Of a stretch of 64,000 bases of DNA, positions 21,935 to 30,557 are shown one piece after another (position 1 is the first letter of the stretch; each line of letters opens with the position of its first letter). The position numbers were made by a program, and so were the translations under genes. The stretch comes from Burkholderiales bacterium (GTDB lineage: Bacteria; Pseudomonadota; Gammaproteobacteria; Burkholderiales; SG8-39), in assembly GCA_035627155.1 (NCBI GenBank), contig DASPMF010000296.1, positions 15,335-79,334 of the forward strand. Reading direction: 5' to 3'. Under the pieces are notes generated by a model, which saw only the letters and a list, made by a program, of their open reading frames with translations, did no database searches and had not been told where the DNA came from.

Positions 21935-23614
21935 TCACCCTTTCAGCGCCTTCTCGCGGATCGCGCTGAGCGTCGTCGACGGCGTGATGGCGTCCGGATC
22001 GATGCGCAGCTCGATCAGCGCAGGCTTGCCCGACTGGGTGGCACGCTCGAAGGCGGCCGGGAAGTCCTGCGTGCGCTCGACGCATTCTCCGTGGGCGCCG
22101 AACGCGCGCGCATAGGCGGGGAAGTCCGGATTGCGCAGCGTCGTGCCGTGCACGCGGCCCGGGTACTCCCGCTCCTGGTGCATGCGGATCGTGCCGTAAA
22201 GGCCGTTGTTGACCACGAGCGCGACGAAGTTCGCCCCGTACTGCACGGCGGTCGCCAGCTCCTGGCCGTTCATGAGGAAGTCGCCGTCGCCGCAGATCGC
22301 CACCACGGTGCGGCCCGGCGCCGCCAGCTTCGCCGCCACGCCGGCGGGATAGCCGTAGCCCATCGAGCCGGCGGTCGAGCCGAGCTGGGTGCGGAAATCC
22401 TTGTACTGGAAATGCCGGTGCAGCCAGCTCGCGAAATTGCCCGCGCCGCCGGCGACGATCGCATCGGCGGGCAGATGGTCGCTCAGCCAGCGGATGATCT
22501 CGCCGTACTGCACGTTGCCCGGCATGGGGCGCGGCTTGTTCCACTCGACGTAGTCGGCGTGCGCCTCGTCCGCCTGCTGCCTCCAGGCCGGATTGGCCTT
22601 CAGCGCCATCCGCGACAGGCATTCGACCAGCTGCGGATAGCCCGAGTTGATGGCCAGCGCCGGCCGGTACACGCGACCGAGCTCCTCCGCGCCCGCGTGC
22701 ACGTGCACGAGCTGCTGGCGGGGCTGCGGCGCCTCGATGAGCGTGTAGCCGCCGGTCGTCATCTCGCCCAGGCGGGCGCCGATGACGAGCAGCACGTCGG
22801 CATTGCGCACCCGCTCGGCCAGCTTCGGATTGATGCCGATGCCGACGTCGCCGGCGTAGCAGGGGCTGCGGTTGTCGAAGAGGTCCTGGCAGCGGAACGA
22901 GTTGCCGACCGGCAGGCCGTGCTGCTCCGCCCAGGCCTGCAGCGCGCGGGTCGCCGCCCGCGTCCAGCCTCCGCCTCCCACAATGACGAAGGGATTCTTC
23001 GCGCCCTCGAGCAAGGTCTTCAGGCCGGCCAGCTCGCTCGCGGACGGAGCGGGGCGCACGACGTGATGCCGGTCCAGGTCGGCCACGGCGGCTTCGGAGA
23101 AGAGCATGTCCTCGGGCAGCGCGAGCACGACCGGGCCCGGCCTGCCGGCCATCGCGGTATGGAAGGCGTGGCTCACGTATTCCGGAATGCGCTCCACGCG
23201 ATCGACCTGGCCGACCCACTTTGCGAGCTGGCCGTACATGCGGCGATAGTCGATCTCCTGGAACGCCTCGCGGTCCGCCATGTCGTTGCCCACCTGGCCG
23301 ATGAGCATCACCATCGGCGTGGAATCCTGGAACCCGGTGTGCACGCCGATCGAGCCGTTGGTCGCGCCGGGTCCCCGGGTGACGAGCAGCACGCCCGGCT
23401 CGCCGGTCAGCTTGCCGTACGCCTCCGCCATGTAGGACGCCCCGCCCTCCTGGCGCGTGATGACGAGCTGCAGCCGCTCGCGCGCGTCGTAAAGCCCGTC
23501 GAGGAGCGGCAGGTAGCTCTCGCCGGGGACGCCGAAGGCCATCTTCACGCCTTGCGCGACCAGCGCGTCGGCGAGGATCTTCCCGCCGTGGCGGGTCTTG
23601 AGGTCTGATTTCAT
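21935..23614 (-). CDS. Thiamine-diphosphate-dependent enzyme (acetolactate synthase large-subunit-like)
   Basis: The N-terminal Pyr domain reads GVKMAFGVPGESYLPLLDGL...TRQEGGASYMAEAYGK...RGPGATN. The C-terminal TPP motif is GDGDFLMNGQELATAV...NNGLYG. Confidence 0.9.
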   Translation of the reverse strand: MKSDLKTRHGGKILADALVAQGVKMAFGVPGESYLPLLDGLYDARERLQLVITRQEGGASYMAEAYGKLTGEPGVLLVTRGPGATNGSIGVHTGFQDSTPMVMLIGQVGNDMADREAFQEIDYRRMYGQLAKWVGQVDRVERIPEYVSHAFHTAMAGRPGPVVLALPEDMLFSEAAVADLDRHHVVRPAPSASELAGLKTLLEGAKNPFVIVGGGGWTRAATRALQAWAEQHGLPVGNSFRCQDLFDNRSPCYAGDVGIGINPKLAERVRNADVLLVIGARLGEMTTGGYTLIEAPQPRQQLVHVHAGAEELGRVYRPALAINSGYPQLVECLSRMALKANPAWRQQADEAHADYVEWNKPRPMPGNVQYGEIIRWLSDHLPADAIVAGGAGNFASWLHRHFQYKDFRTQLGSTAGSMGYGYPAGVAAKLAAPGRTVVAICGDGDFLMNGQELATAVQYGANFVALVVNNGLYGTIRMHQEREYPGRVHGTTLRNPDFPAYARAFGAHGECVERTQDFPAAFERATQSGKPALIELRIDPDAITPSTTLSAIREKALKG

Positions 23615-24561
23615 CGGTTCACCTGTCCGAGGGCGCCGCGCAACGCCGCGCAGCAGTCGTGCACGGCTTCGTTCGCGGTATCGAGTACGCCGCCGAACAG
23701 GATGAAGCCGTGCACCATGTCATCGTACTCGCGCAGCGCGACCGCGACGCCGGCCGCTTTCAGCCGCTCCGCGTACGCGCGGCCCTCGTCGCGAAGGGGA
23801 TCGAAGCCGGCGGTGACGACGTACGCCGGCGGCAGGTCGCGGTGGCTCGCCGCCAGGAGCGGCGAGGCCCGCCAGTCGGTCCAGTCCTCGCGGCGCGGCA
23901 GGTACGCGCCGCGGAAGAACGCGATGGATTCGCGCGTCAGCAGATAGCCCTCTGCGTTCTCTTCATGCGACGGAAATCCGCATCGCTGGTCGCTCGCCGG
24001 ATAGATGAGCAACTGGAAGGCGAGGCGCGGGCCGCCGTGGTCCCGCGCGTGAAGGCAGACGACGGCGGCCAGGTTGCCGCCCGCGCTGTCGCCGCCCACC
24101 GCCACCCTCTCCGGGTCTATGCGCAGAGACGATGCGCTCGAGCACAAGTCGCGCGTCGCCGCGATGCAATCCTCCACCGCGGCGGGAAAGGGGTATTCAG
24201 GAGCCAGGCGGTAGTCGACCGAGAACACCGCGCAACGAGCGCCGTTGGCGAGCTGGCGGCAGAGCGCATCGTGCGTATCCAGGTCGCCGATCGTCCAGCC
24301 GCCGCCGTGGTAGTACACGAGCGCGGGCAGCACCGCATCCTTCGCCTCGCCGGCCGGGCGGTACGCGCGTACCGCAACCCCGCCGGCCAGGATGAGCCGC
24401 GCCTCGGAAACTTCCTCGGGCTTCGGCGAGAGCGCCGCGCGCGTGTCGCGGTAGATGCGGCGCGCGACGAAGGGCTGCACCGCGTGGTAGGGCGGCAGCG
24501 GCGAGCGCGCCGCCCGGTAGAGAAGCTGCGCGACCTGCGGATGAGGCGCTCTGCGGCTCAC
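23611..24561 (-). CDS. Alpha/beta hydrolase, hormone-sensitive-lipase (family IV esterase) type
   Basis: ORF 23611..24738 trimmed to the GTG at 24561, which overlaps the NIPSNAP stop (GTGA). Motifs are YYHGGGWTIGD (HGGG oxyanion), GDSAGGNLA, and DPLRDEG...H at the end. Confidence 0.85.
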   Translation of the reverse strand: MSRRAPHPQVAQLLYRAARSPLPPYHAVQPFVARRIYRDTRAALSPKPEEVSEARLILAGGVAVRAYRPAGEAKDAVLPALVYYHGGGWTIGDLDTHDALCRQLANGARCAVFSVDYRLAPEYPFPAAVEDCIAATRDLCSSASSLRIDPERVAVGGDSAGGNLAAVVCLHARDHGGPRLAFQLLIYPASDQRCGFPSHEENAEGYLLTRESIAFFRGAYLPRREDWTDWRASPLLAASHRDLPPAYVVTAGFDPLRDEGRAYAERLKAAGVAVALREYDDMVHGFILFGGVLDTANEAVHDCCAALRGALGQVNR

Positions 24562-24899
24562 TTTGCCGCGGCCAGCATCTTCTTCAAACGCTCGACGAAG
24601 AACGGCGCGCATTTCATGATGCGCGTGTCCTGCGACAGGATGAGCGGACGGATCTTGGGCAGGTAGGCCTGCCACCCCGGATCGGCCGACAGCGCGCCCC
24701 GGCAGCGGTCGCGCTGGTTGAGGTCCTCGTAGGCCCACAGGTGGACGATCAGGTTCTGCGGCCCGACCTCGGTGACGTAGTAGCCGACCATGTGGGGCAG
24801 GTGCCGGAGCTGCACCGGCATGCCTTCGGCCTCGTACAGCTTGAGGTACTCCGGGGCCTTTCCGACCTGGAGCGTATACATGCGCTCTTCGACGTACAT
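24558..24899 (-). CDS. NIPSNAP-family protein
   Basis: A 113-aa protein reading MYVEERMYTLQVGKAPEYLKLYEAEGMPVQLRHLPHMVGYYVTEVGPQNLIVHLWAYEDLNQRDRCR, a dimeric alpha-beta-barrel-like NIPSNAP pattern. The family call is from memory. Confidence 0.75.
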   Translation of the reverse strand: MYVEERMYTLQVGKAPEYLKLYEAEGMPVQLRHLPHMVGYYVTEVGPQNLIVHLWAYEDLNQRDRCRGALSADPGWQAYLPKIRPLILSQDTRIMKCAPFFVERLKKMLAAAK

Positions 24900-24952
24900 G
24901 GGATGCCTTTCCGCGGGGTGCGCGGGATTATAAGGGTCGCTATAGTCGCGCC

Positions 24953-25423
24953 ATGGACGACATCAACAGCCTGCGCCGCATCCTGAGCGAGAACCGCGTC
25001 ATCGCGGTGGTCGGCCTTTCGGCGGACTGGTACCGCCCCAGCTACTTCGCCGCGAAGTACATGATGGAGCACGGCTACCGCGTGATCCCGGTCAATCCGA
25101 AGTACCCCGAGATCCTCGGACAGAAGTGCTACGCGCGCCTCGAGGACGTCCCCGAGAAGGTCGGGATCGTGGACGTCTTCCGCAGGAGCGCCGACGTGCC
25201 GCCCATCGCGCAGTCCGCCATCCGGATCGGCGCGCGCGTGCTCTGGCAGCAGCTCGGCGTGCGCAACGAAGTCGCGCATGCCGCGGCGCAGGCGGCCGGC
25301 CTGGACAGCGTCATGGACCGCTGCGTGAAGATCGAGCATGGGCGCCTCTTCGGCGGGCTCAACTGGGTGGGCGTGAATACGCGCGTGATCTCGGCCAAGC
25401 GGCCCCGCTGGCTGGCGTACTGA
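24953..25423 (+). CDS. CoA-binding domain protein (YccU/YneT-like)
   Basis: The protein reads RVIAVVGLSADWYRPSYFAAKYMMEHGYRVIPVNPKY...GQKCYARLEDVP...VDVFRR. Confidence 0.88.
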   Translation: MDDINSLRRILSENRVIAVVGLSADWYRPSYFAAKYMMEHGYRVIPVNPKYPEILGQKCYARLEDVPEKVGIVDVFRRSADVPPIAQSAIRIGARVLWQQLGVRNEVAHAAAQAAGLDSVMDRCVKIEHGRLFGGLNWVGVNTRVISAKRPRWLAY

Positions 25424-25437
25424 GGTAAGCTTTTCCC

Positions 25438-26244
25438 ATGGGGACAGATCGGGGAGCGGCGGGCATGCTGAGAATGTTCGAGGGGCGGTTCGGCCGGGTG
25501 GTGCTCGAGGAGCTGGCAGCAGGAGCACCGGTGCGCGCGGGAGAGGATCCGGCCATCGTGATGGTGCGCGGCACGGGCGAAATCCGCTTCCTCAATCCCG
25601 GCGAGTCCTGCACCGACGCCTACGGGGAGCGCGCCGTGGTGTTCCACGCGTCCAGCGCCTGGCTAGCGCAGGGCTTCCCGGCCGTATTCGCCGCGAACGG
25701 CGCCAAGGCTTTTCCGCAGCCGAGCGAGCCGCTCACCCCGAGGATCCGCCAGCTCGCCGAGGCGCTTTCGGTCGAGATGCTGAACGACCGCTTCATGTCC
25801 GCCGAGCGCCTCGAGTTCATGCTCGGGGAACTGGTGATTTCCATCCTCGATGCCTACCACGCCCGCCAGCACGCGGCGGCGACCTGGCGCGGCTCGCGGC
25901 TGGAGGACAGCCGCATCCGGCGCGCCGTGGCGCTTCTTCGCGAACGGCCCAGCAAGGAGATGAACATCGACGACCTGGCGAGCCAGGTCGGCCTCTCCCG
26001 CTCGCGCTTCTACGATCTCTTCCAGCTGTGCACCGGCTTCTCGCCGCGGGCCTACCTCGACCTGCTGTGCGTCGAGACCGCGATCACCCGCCTGGCAAGC
26101 GGCGAAGGGCGCATTTCCGACGTGTCTGCCGAGCTCGGCTTCTCCGCGCAGAGCAACTTCACGCGCTTTTTCCTGCAGCACGTCGGCGTGCCGCCCTCCG
26201 AGTACCGTCGCAGCTCCACCCGGAAAGAGCCGCCGCGCGGGTAA
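25438..26244 (+). CDS. AraC-family transcriptional regulator
   Basis: The C-terminal double HTH reads IDDLASQVGLSRSRFYDLFQLCTGFSPRAYLDLLCVETAITRL...ISDVSAELGFSAQSNFTRFFLQHVGVPPSEYRR. The start is uncertain, as several in-frame Met lie within the first 14 codons. Confidence 0.85.
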   Translation: MGTDRGAAGMLRMFEGRFGRVVLEELAAGAPVRAGEDPAIVMVRGTGEIRFLNPGESCTDAYGERAVVFHASSAWLAQGFPAVFAANGAKAFPQPSEPLTPRIRQLAEALSVEMLNDRFMSAERLEFMLGELVISILDAYHARQHAAATWRGSRLEDSRIRRAVALLRERPSKEMNIDDLASQVGLSRSRFYDLFQLCTGFSPRAYLDLLCVETAITRLASGEGRISDVSAELGFSAQSNFTRFFLQHVGVPPSEYRRSSTRKEPPRG

Positions 26245-26261
26245 GCGGGGCGGGCGGGTCC

Positions 26262-27551
26262 ATGGCTGACCGCAAGTTCGGCATCGAGACGCTGTGCCTG
26301 CACGCCGGCCAGATCCCGGACGCGGCGACCGGCGCCCGGGCGGCGCCGATCTACCAGACGACTTCGTTCGTCTTCGATTCGGCCGATCACGCGGCCAGCC
26401 TGTTCAACCTGCAGACGTTCGGCAACGTCTATTCGCGCATCTCGAATCCGACCGTTGCGGTGTTCGAGGAGCGCATGGCCGCGATCGAGGGCGGCCGCTC
26501 GGCGCTCGCCTCCTCGACCGGGCAGTCGGCGGAGGCTACCGCCATCCTCACGCTGTGCAAGGCCGGCGACCACATCGTCTCCGCCTCGACGCTCTACGGC
26601 GGCACGCACACGCTGCTGCAGGTGAACCTGCAGAAGCTCGGCATCGAGACCACCTTCGTCCATCCCGACGAGCCGGAGAACTTCAGGAAGGCGATCCGCG
26701 GAAACACCAAGCTGCTGTACGCGGAAACGCTCGGCAACCCGCTCATCAACATCGTGGACATCGAGGCGATCGCCAAGATCGCCCACGAAGCGCAGATTCC
26801 GCTGGTCGTGGACAACACGGTTCCCTCCCCGTACCTGCTGCGGCCGATCGAATGGGGCGCCGACGTGGTCATCCACTCGGCCACCAAGTACATCGGCGGC
26901 CACGGCACGACGATGGGGGGCGTGATCGTCGAATCCGGCAAGTTCGACTGGGGAAACGGCAAGTTCCCGGAGTTCACCACGCCCTCGCCCGGCTACCACG
27001 GCGTGATCTTCCACGAGACGTTCGGCGACTTCGGCTACACCATGAAGGCGCGCATGGAGATCATGCGCACGTTCGGTCCCGCGCTCTCGCCGATGAACGC
27101 CTGGCTCCTGCTGCAGGGCCTCGAGTCGCTGCATGTGCGGATGGAGCGCCATTGCGCGAATGCGCTGGCGGTTGCTTCGTACCTGAGGGACCACCCCCGG
27201 GTGGAGTGGGTGAACTATCCGGGCCTGCCGGGGAGCAAGTACTACGCCCTCGCGCGGAAGTACCTTCCGAAGGGCGCGTCGGGCCTGCTCAATTTTGGTG
27301 TCAAGGGCGGCGCGAAGGCCGGGGAGCGGTTCATCGAGGCGTCCCAGTTCATGAGCCACCTTGCGAACATCGGCGACGCCAAGACGCTGATCATCCATCC
27401 CGCGTCCACGACGCACCGGCAGATGAGCGACGAAGAGCAGCTCAAGGCCGGCGTGACGCCGGACATGATCCGCATGTCGGTCGGGCTCGAGACCCTCGAC
27501 GACATCCTCTGGGACATCGACCAGGCACTCCAGGAGTCCGCGAAAGCATGA
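26262..27551 (+). CDS. metY: O-acetylhomoserine aminocarboxypropyltransferase (sulfhydrylase)
   Basis: Uses the in-frame ATG at 26262 in ORF 26028..27551. The protein reads MADRKFGIETLCLHAGQIPDAATGARAAPIYQTTSFVFDS..., with PLP Lys in HSATKYIGGHG and ...HPASTTHRQ. Confidence 0.95.
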   Translation: MADRKFGIETLCLHAGQIPDAATGARAAPIYQTTSFVFDSADHAASLFNLQTFGNVYSRISNPTVAVFEERMAAIEGGRSALASSTGQSAEATAILTLCKAGDHIVSASTLYGGTHTLLQVNLQKLGIETTFVHPDEPENFRKAIRGNTKLLYAETLGNPLINIVDIEAIAKIAHEAQIPLVVDNTVPSPYLLRPIEWGADVVIHSATKYIGGHGTTMGGVIVESGKFDWGNGKFPEFTTPSPGYHGVIFHETFGDFGYTMKARMEIMRTFGPALSPMNAWLLLQGLESLHVRMERHCANALAVASYLRDHPRVEWVNYPGLPGSKYYALARKYLPKGASGLLNFGVKGGAKAGERFIEASQFMSHLANIGDAKTLIIHPASTTHRQMSDEEQLKAGVTPDMIRMSVGLETLDDILWDIDQALQESAKA

Positions 27552-28612
27552 TCAGCTACCAGATCGTCGAGCATGGCCGTCCCCTGCAGAAAGTCATCTC
27601 CGAGACGCCGCGGCCGAAGGGCAGCGAGGTTCTCGTCCGCGTGACGCGCTCCGGCGTATGCCATTCGGACGTGCACATCTGGGACGGATACTTCGACTGG
27701 GGCGGCGGCAAGCGCTTCTACGTGAAGGAGCGCGGCTGCGTGCCGCCCTTCACGATGGGTCACGAGCCCTTCGGCGTCGTGGAGGCGGTCGGCCCCCGCG
27801 TGCCCAAGGGAAAAGGCGGCGTGAAGGTCGGGCAGAAGCGGCTCGTCTATCCCTGGATCGGCTGCGGCAAGTGCGCGGTGTGCAAGGGCGGCCAGGACAA
27901 CTACTGCATCTCGGGCTCGCGCTACCTCGGCGTCAACCGCGCCGGTGCCTATGCCACGCACGTGCTCGTCCCGGACGCAAAGTACCTCCTCGACACGAGC
28001 GGCCTCGACGACGCCTTTGCATCCACGCTCGCTTGCTCCGCGGTCACGGTGTACAGCGCGCTCAACAAGCTGCCTGCGCTGGGGCCGAAGGACCGGATCG
28101 CCGTGCTGGGTTGCGGTGGCCTCGGCCTGATCGCCGTATCGGTGCTCCGCGCCAAGGGGACGCGCAACATCGTCGCCTGCGACATCGACGATGCAAAGCT
28201 CGACGCAGCCCGGAAGCTTGGCGCCAGGGAAACCGTCAACACGCGAGCGCCCGACGCGCCGCAGAAACTGCAAGGGATCGCGGCCGCGGCCGATTTCGTC
28301 GGCAGTCCCGCCACCGCCGCTCTCGGGCTCGCCGCGCTGCGCAAAGGCGGCCGCTATGTGATCTGCGGCCTGTTCGGCGGCGAGCTCACGCACCCGCTGC
28401 CGCCGATCGCCCAGCGCGCCATCGGCATCGTCGGCTCCTACGTCGGCAGCCTGCAGGAACTGAAGGAAGTCGTGGCGCTGGCGAGGAAGGGGAAGATCAA
28501 GCCGACACCGGTGCAGGTGCGCCCTGCCGACCAGGCGAGCGCAGCGCTGGAAGAACTGAAGGAAGGCCGGGTGGTCGGGCGCGTGGTCCTGGACTTCGAG
28601 CGCGCTAGTTGA
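27548..28612 (+). CDS. Zinc-type alcohol dehydrogenase / MDR-family oxidoreductase
   Basis: The ATG overlaps the metY stop (ATGA). Motifs are SGVCHSDVH, GHEPFGVV, the CGKCAVCKGGQDNYC structural-Zn loop and the LGCGGLG Rossmann motif. Confidence 0.9.
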   Translation: MISYQIVEHGRPLQKVISETPRPKGSEVLVRVTRSGVCHSDVHIWDGYFDWGGGKRFYVKERGCVPPFTMGHEPFGVVEAVGPRVPKGKGGVKVGQKRLVYPWIGCGKCAVCKGGQDNYCISGSRYLGVNRAGAYATHVLVPDAKYLLDTSGLDDAFASTLACSAVTVYSALNKLPALGPKDRIAVLGCGGLGLIAVSVLRAKGTRNIVACDIDDAKLDAARKLGARETVNTRAPDAPQKLQGIAAAADFVGSPATAALGLAALRKGGRYVICGLFGGELTHPLPPIAQRAIGIVGSYVGSLQELKEVVALARKGKIKPTPVQVRPADQASAALEELKEGRVVGRVVLDFERAS

Positions 28613-30482
28613 GCTTGTAGGACACGAGCTCGATTTCGTAGTCGGCGGCCTGCGTGTTGCCGCTCTGCGTGCGCAGACGAGACTTCACGAAGCGCTTGGC
28701 CTTTTCGGCGTACCAGAACGTTGCCACGCGGACCAGACGGGTGTTCCACTGCCGCGGCCCCTGGAGCTCGACCTCGACCTTGACCGTCTCGAAGGTGCCG
28801 GCGCGGGTCCGCACCGTCTCGCGTCCATCCGCCTTCACGCTGTAGGTGCAGTCGAGAAAGCGCGCGCAAAACGCGTCGTTCGCGGCCACGAGCTCCCGTA
28901 TGCGCAGCTGGTCCGCCGCCTCGTCGAAGCTGAGCAGGTAAGGGGCGAAGTGCCAGACCGGGTACTGGATATGCAGCTCGGGCTGCGCCGAGTGCGCCCG
29001 GGACATCGGGTTGCCATAGCGCGTGAGCTCGTCGGTATCCAGGATGCCCTCCGGCGACACCGCGTTCACGGTCACCCTGGCTGTTCGCTTGTCCCGTCCG
29101 AAGGAATCCTTGTACTCGTACGTCCAGGTGTCCCCGACCTTCGGATAGCGCGGGTTGTCGACGCCCATCGCCACCGGGGTCGGCGCGACGCTCGCCACCT
29201 CCGCGCTCATGGGGGCCGGCGGCGCTTCGGATTGCGGCGGTTCCACTGTCGTCACGGGCGCAGGGGAAGGCGCCGCAGCCACAGGCTGGGCGACCGGCGT
29301 CGCGGCCACGGGGGCCGGGGTGGCGCGAATGCGCGCGAGGGCGGCGAAAGTCCCCTGGGGGTACTGGGAAAGGTAGGCCTTGTAGTCCTCGGGATTGGTG
29401 CTGTTCTTGATCGACTCCCAGAACACGACTTCGCGGTCGACCGCCGGAACGACCGGCGCCGCGGCCACCGGCGCGGGAGCAGGCGGCGGCGCGGGCGGCG
29501 GCTTGCCGGTCGCCTCGGCGCGGCGGCGCATCTCCGCTTCCAGCTCGGCGCGCTGCTTCGCGAGCATCTCCTGGATCATCTTCTGCATCTGCGCCTGCTG
29601 GGCGACCAGCTTGTCCTGCTCGCGTCGAACGGCTTCGGCCACCGCCTTCTCCAGCTGCGCCTGCTGCGCTTCGGCGGAGAGCGACGGATCCGGCGCGATG
29701 AAGAAGAAATCCCCCTTGAGCGAGGAGCTCTCCCAGGGGATCTGCCGGTCCCCGGTGTCGCGGCCCACGCCGCGCCGCACTTCCTTGAAGACCTGCTCGA
29801 TCGGCAGGCCGGCGCGGGTGATGTTCGCGAGCAGGTGCTTGGTGTACAGGCCGTTCTCGCCATCCCCGTCGGACGCCACGGACCCTGGCGCGGTCGCGAA
29901 GGCGACCAGCGTTCCGGAGGGCGCGTCCATCTGCGCGAGGCCCTGCGCGCCAGAACGGAAGGAGCGCGTGAAGGGATTGTTGCGGCAGGCGTCCAGGATG
30001 ATGAGATTCAGCGCGTTCTTGGCGCTGTCCATCTTGGCGAGGATAAAGTTCGCATCGAGCGCCCCGTCCTCCACTTCGTCTTCGCGCTCGATGTCCGCGT
30101 TGACCGGGATGAGGAAGTTGCGACCGCGAACCTGCATGCCGTGGCCGGCGTAGTAGAACAGGCCTACCCCGCCGGCCATCAGCTCGTCGCCGAAGGCACG
30201 GACCGCGCGGCGCATGGCAGTCAGCGTCGCGTCTTCGATCATCGTCACCTTGAATCCGGTTGCCGCGAGCGCCTTGGAAATGGCGCGAGCGTCGTTCACC
30301 GGATTCCGGAGCGGGGAGGTCTTGTAGGCGGAGTTGCCGATGACCAGGGCCACCCTGCGCTCGCCCGCCGGCGCAGGCGCGGACGGCTGGATCAGCAGCT
30401 GGCGATCCTGCGCGAACGCGGACGCGGCGAGCGCCATCGCCGCCAGCAGGATGATCCGGATTGCGTGCTGCGCCTTCCCCAA
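28605..30482 (-). CDS. Exported caspase-family (peptidase C14, orthocaspase-like) multidomain protein
   Basis: The signal peptide is MGKAQHAIRIILLAAMALAASAFA. The C14 core reads RVALVIGNSAYK...FYYAGHGMQV (His)...LILDACRNNP (Cys). It is followed by a Q/E/A-rich coiled-coil, Pro/Ala linkers and an unassigned C-terminal domain of about 200 aa. Confidence 0.85.
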   Translation of the reverse strand: MGKAQHAIRIILLAAMALAASAFAQDRQLLIQPSAPAPAGERRVALVIGNSAYKTSPLRNPVNDARAISKALAATGFKVTMIEDATLTAMRRAVRAFGDELMAGGVGLFYYAGHGMQVRGRNFLIPVNADIEREDEVEDGALDANFILAKMDSAKNALNLIILDACRNNPFTRSFRSGAQGLAQMDAPSGTLVAFATAPGSVASDGDGENGLYTKHLLANITRAGLPIEQVFKEVRRGVGRDTGDRQIPWESSSLKGDFFFIAPDPSLSAEAQQAQLEKAVAEAVRREQDKLVAQQAQMQKMIQEMLAKQRAELEAEMRRRAEATGKPPPAPPPAPAPVAAAPVVPAVDREVVFWESIKNSTNPEDYKAYLSQYPQGTFAALARIRATPAPVAATPVAQPVAAAPSPAPVTTVEPPQSEAPPAPMSAEVASVAPTPVAMGVDNPRYPKVGDTWTYEYKDSFGRDKRTARVTVNAVSPEGILDTDELTRYGNPMSRAHSAQPELHIQYPVWHFAPYLLSFDEAADQLRIRELVAANDAFCARFLDCTYSVKADGRETVRTRAGTFETVKVEVELQGPRQWNTRLVRVATFWYAEKAKRFVKSRLRTQSGNTQAADYEIELVSYKLN

Positions 30483-30557
30483 AGCGCCCTCCCGGCCGCT
30501 AGTTTAGCGGCGAAACGCGGGAGGCAGAACGCAGGGCGCACCTACAATTACGGGAAT

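Noticed and set aside
28950-30557. The first ~536 codons of the 1065-aa ORF 28950..32147
   Set aside because: This stretch is antisense to the caspase-like gene and is Arg/Gly-rich. The real gene (ggt) begins at the in-frame ATG at 30558.
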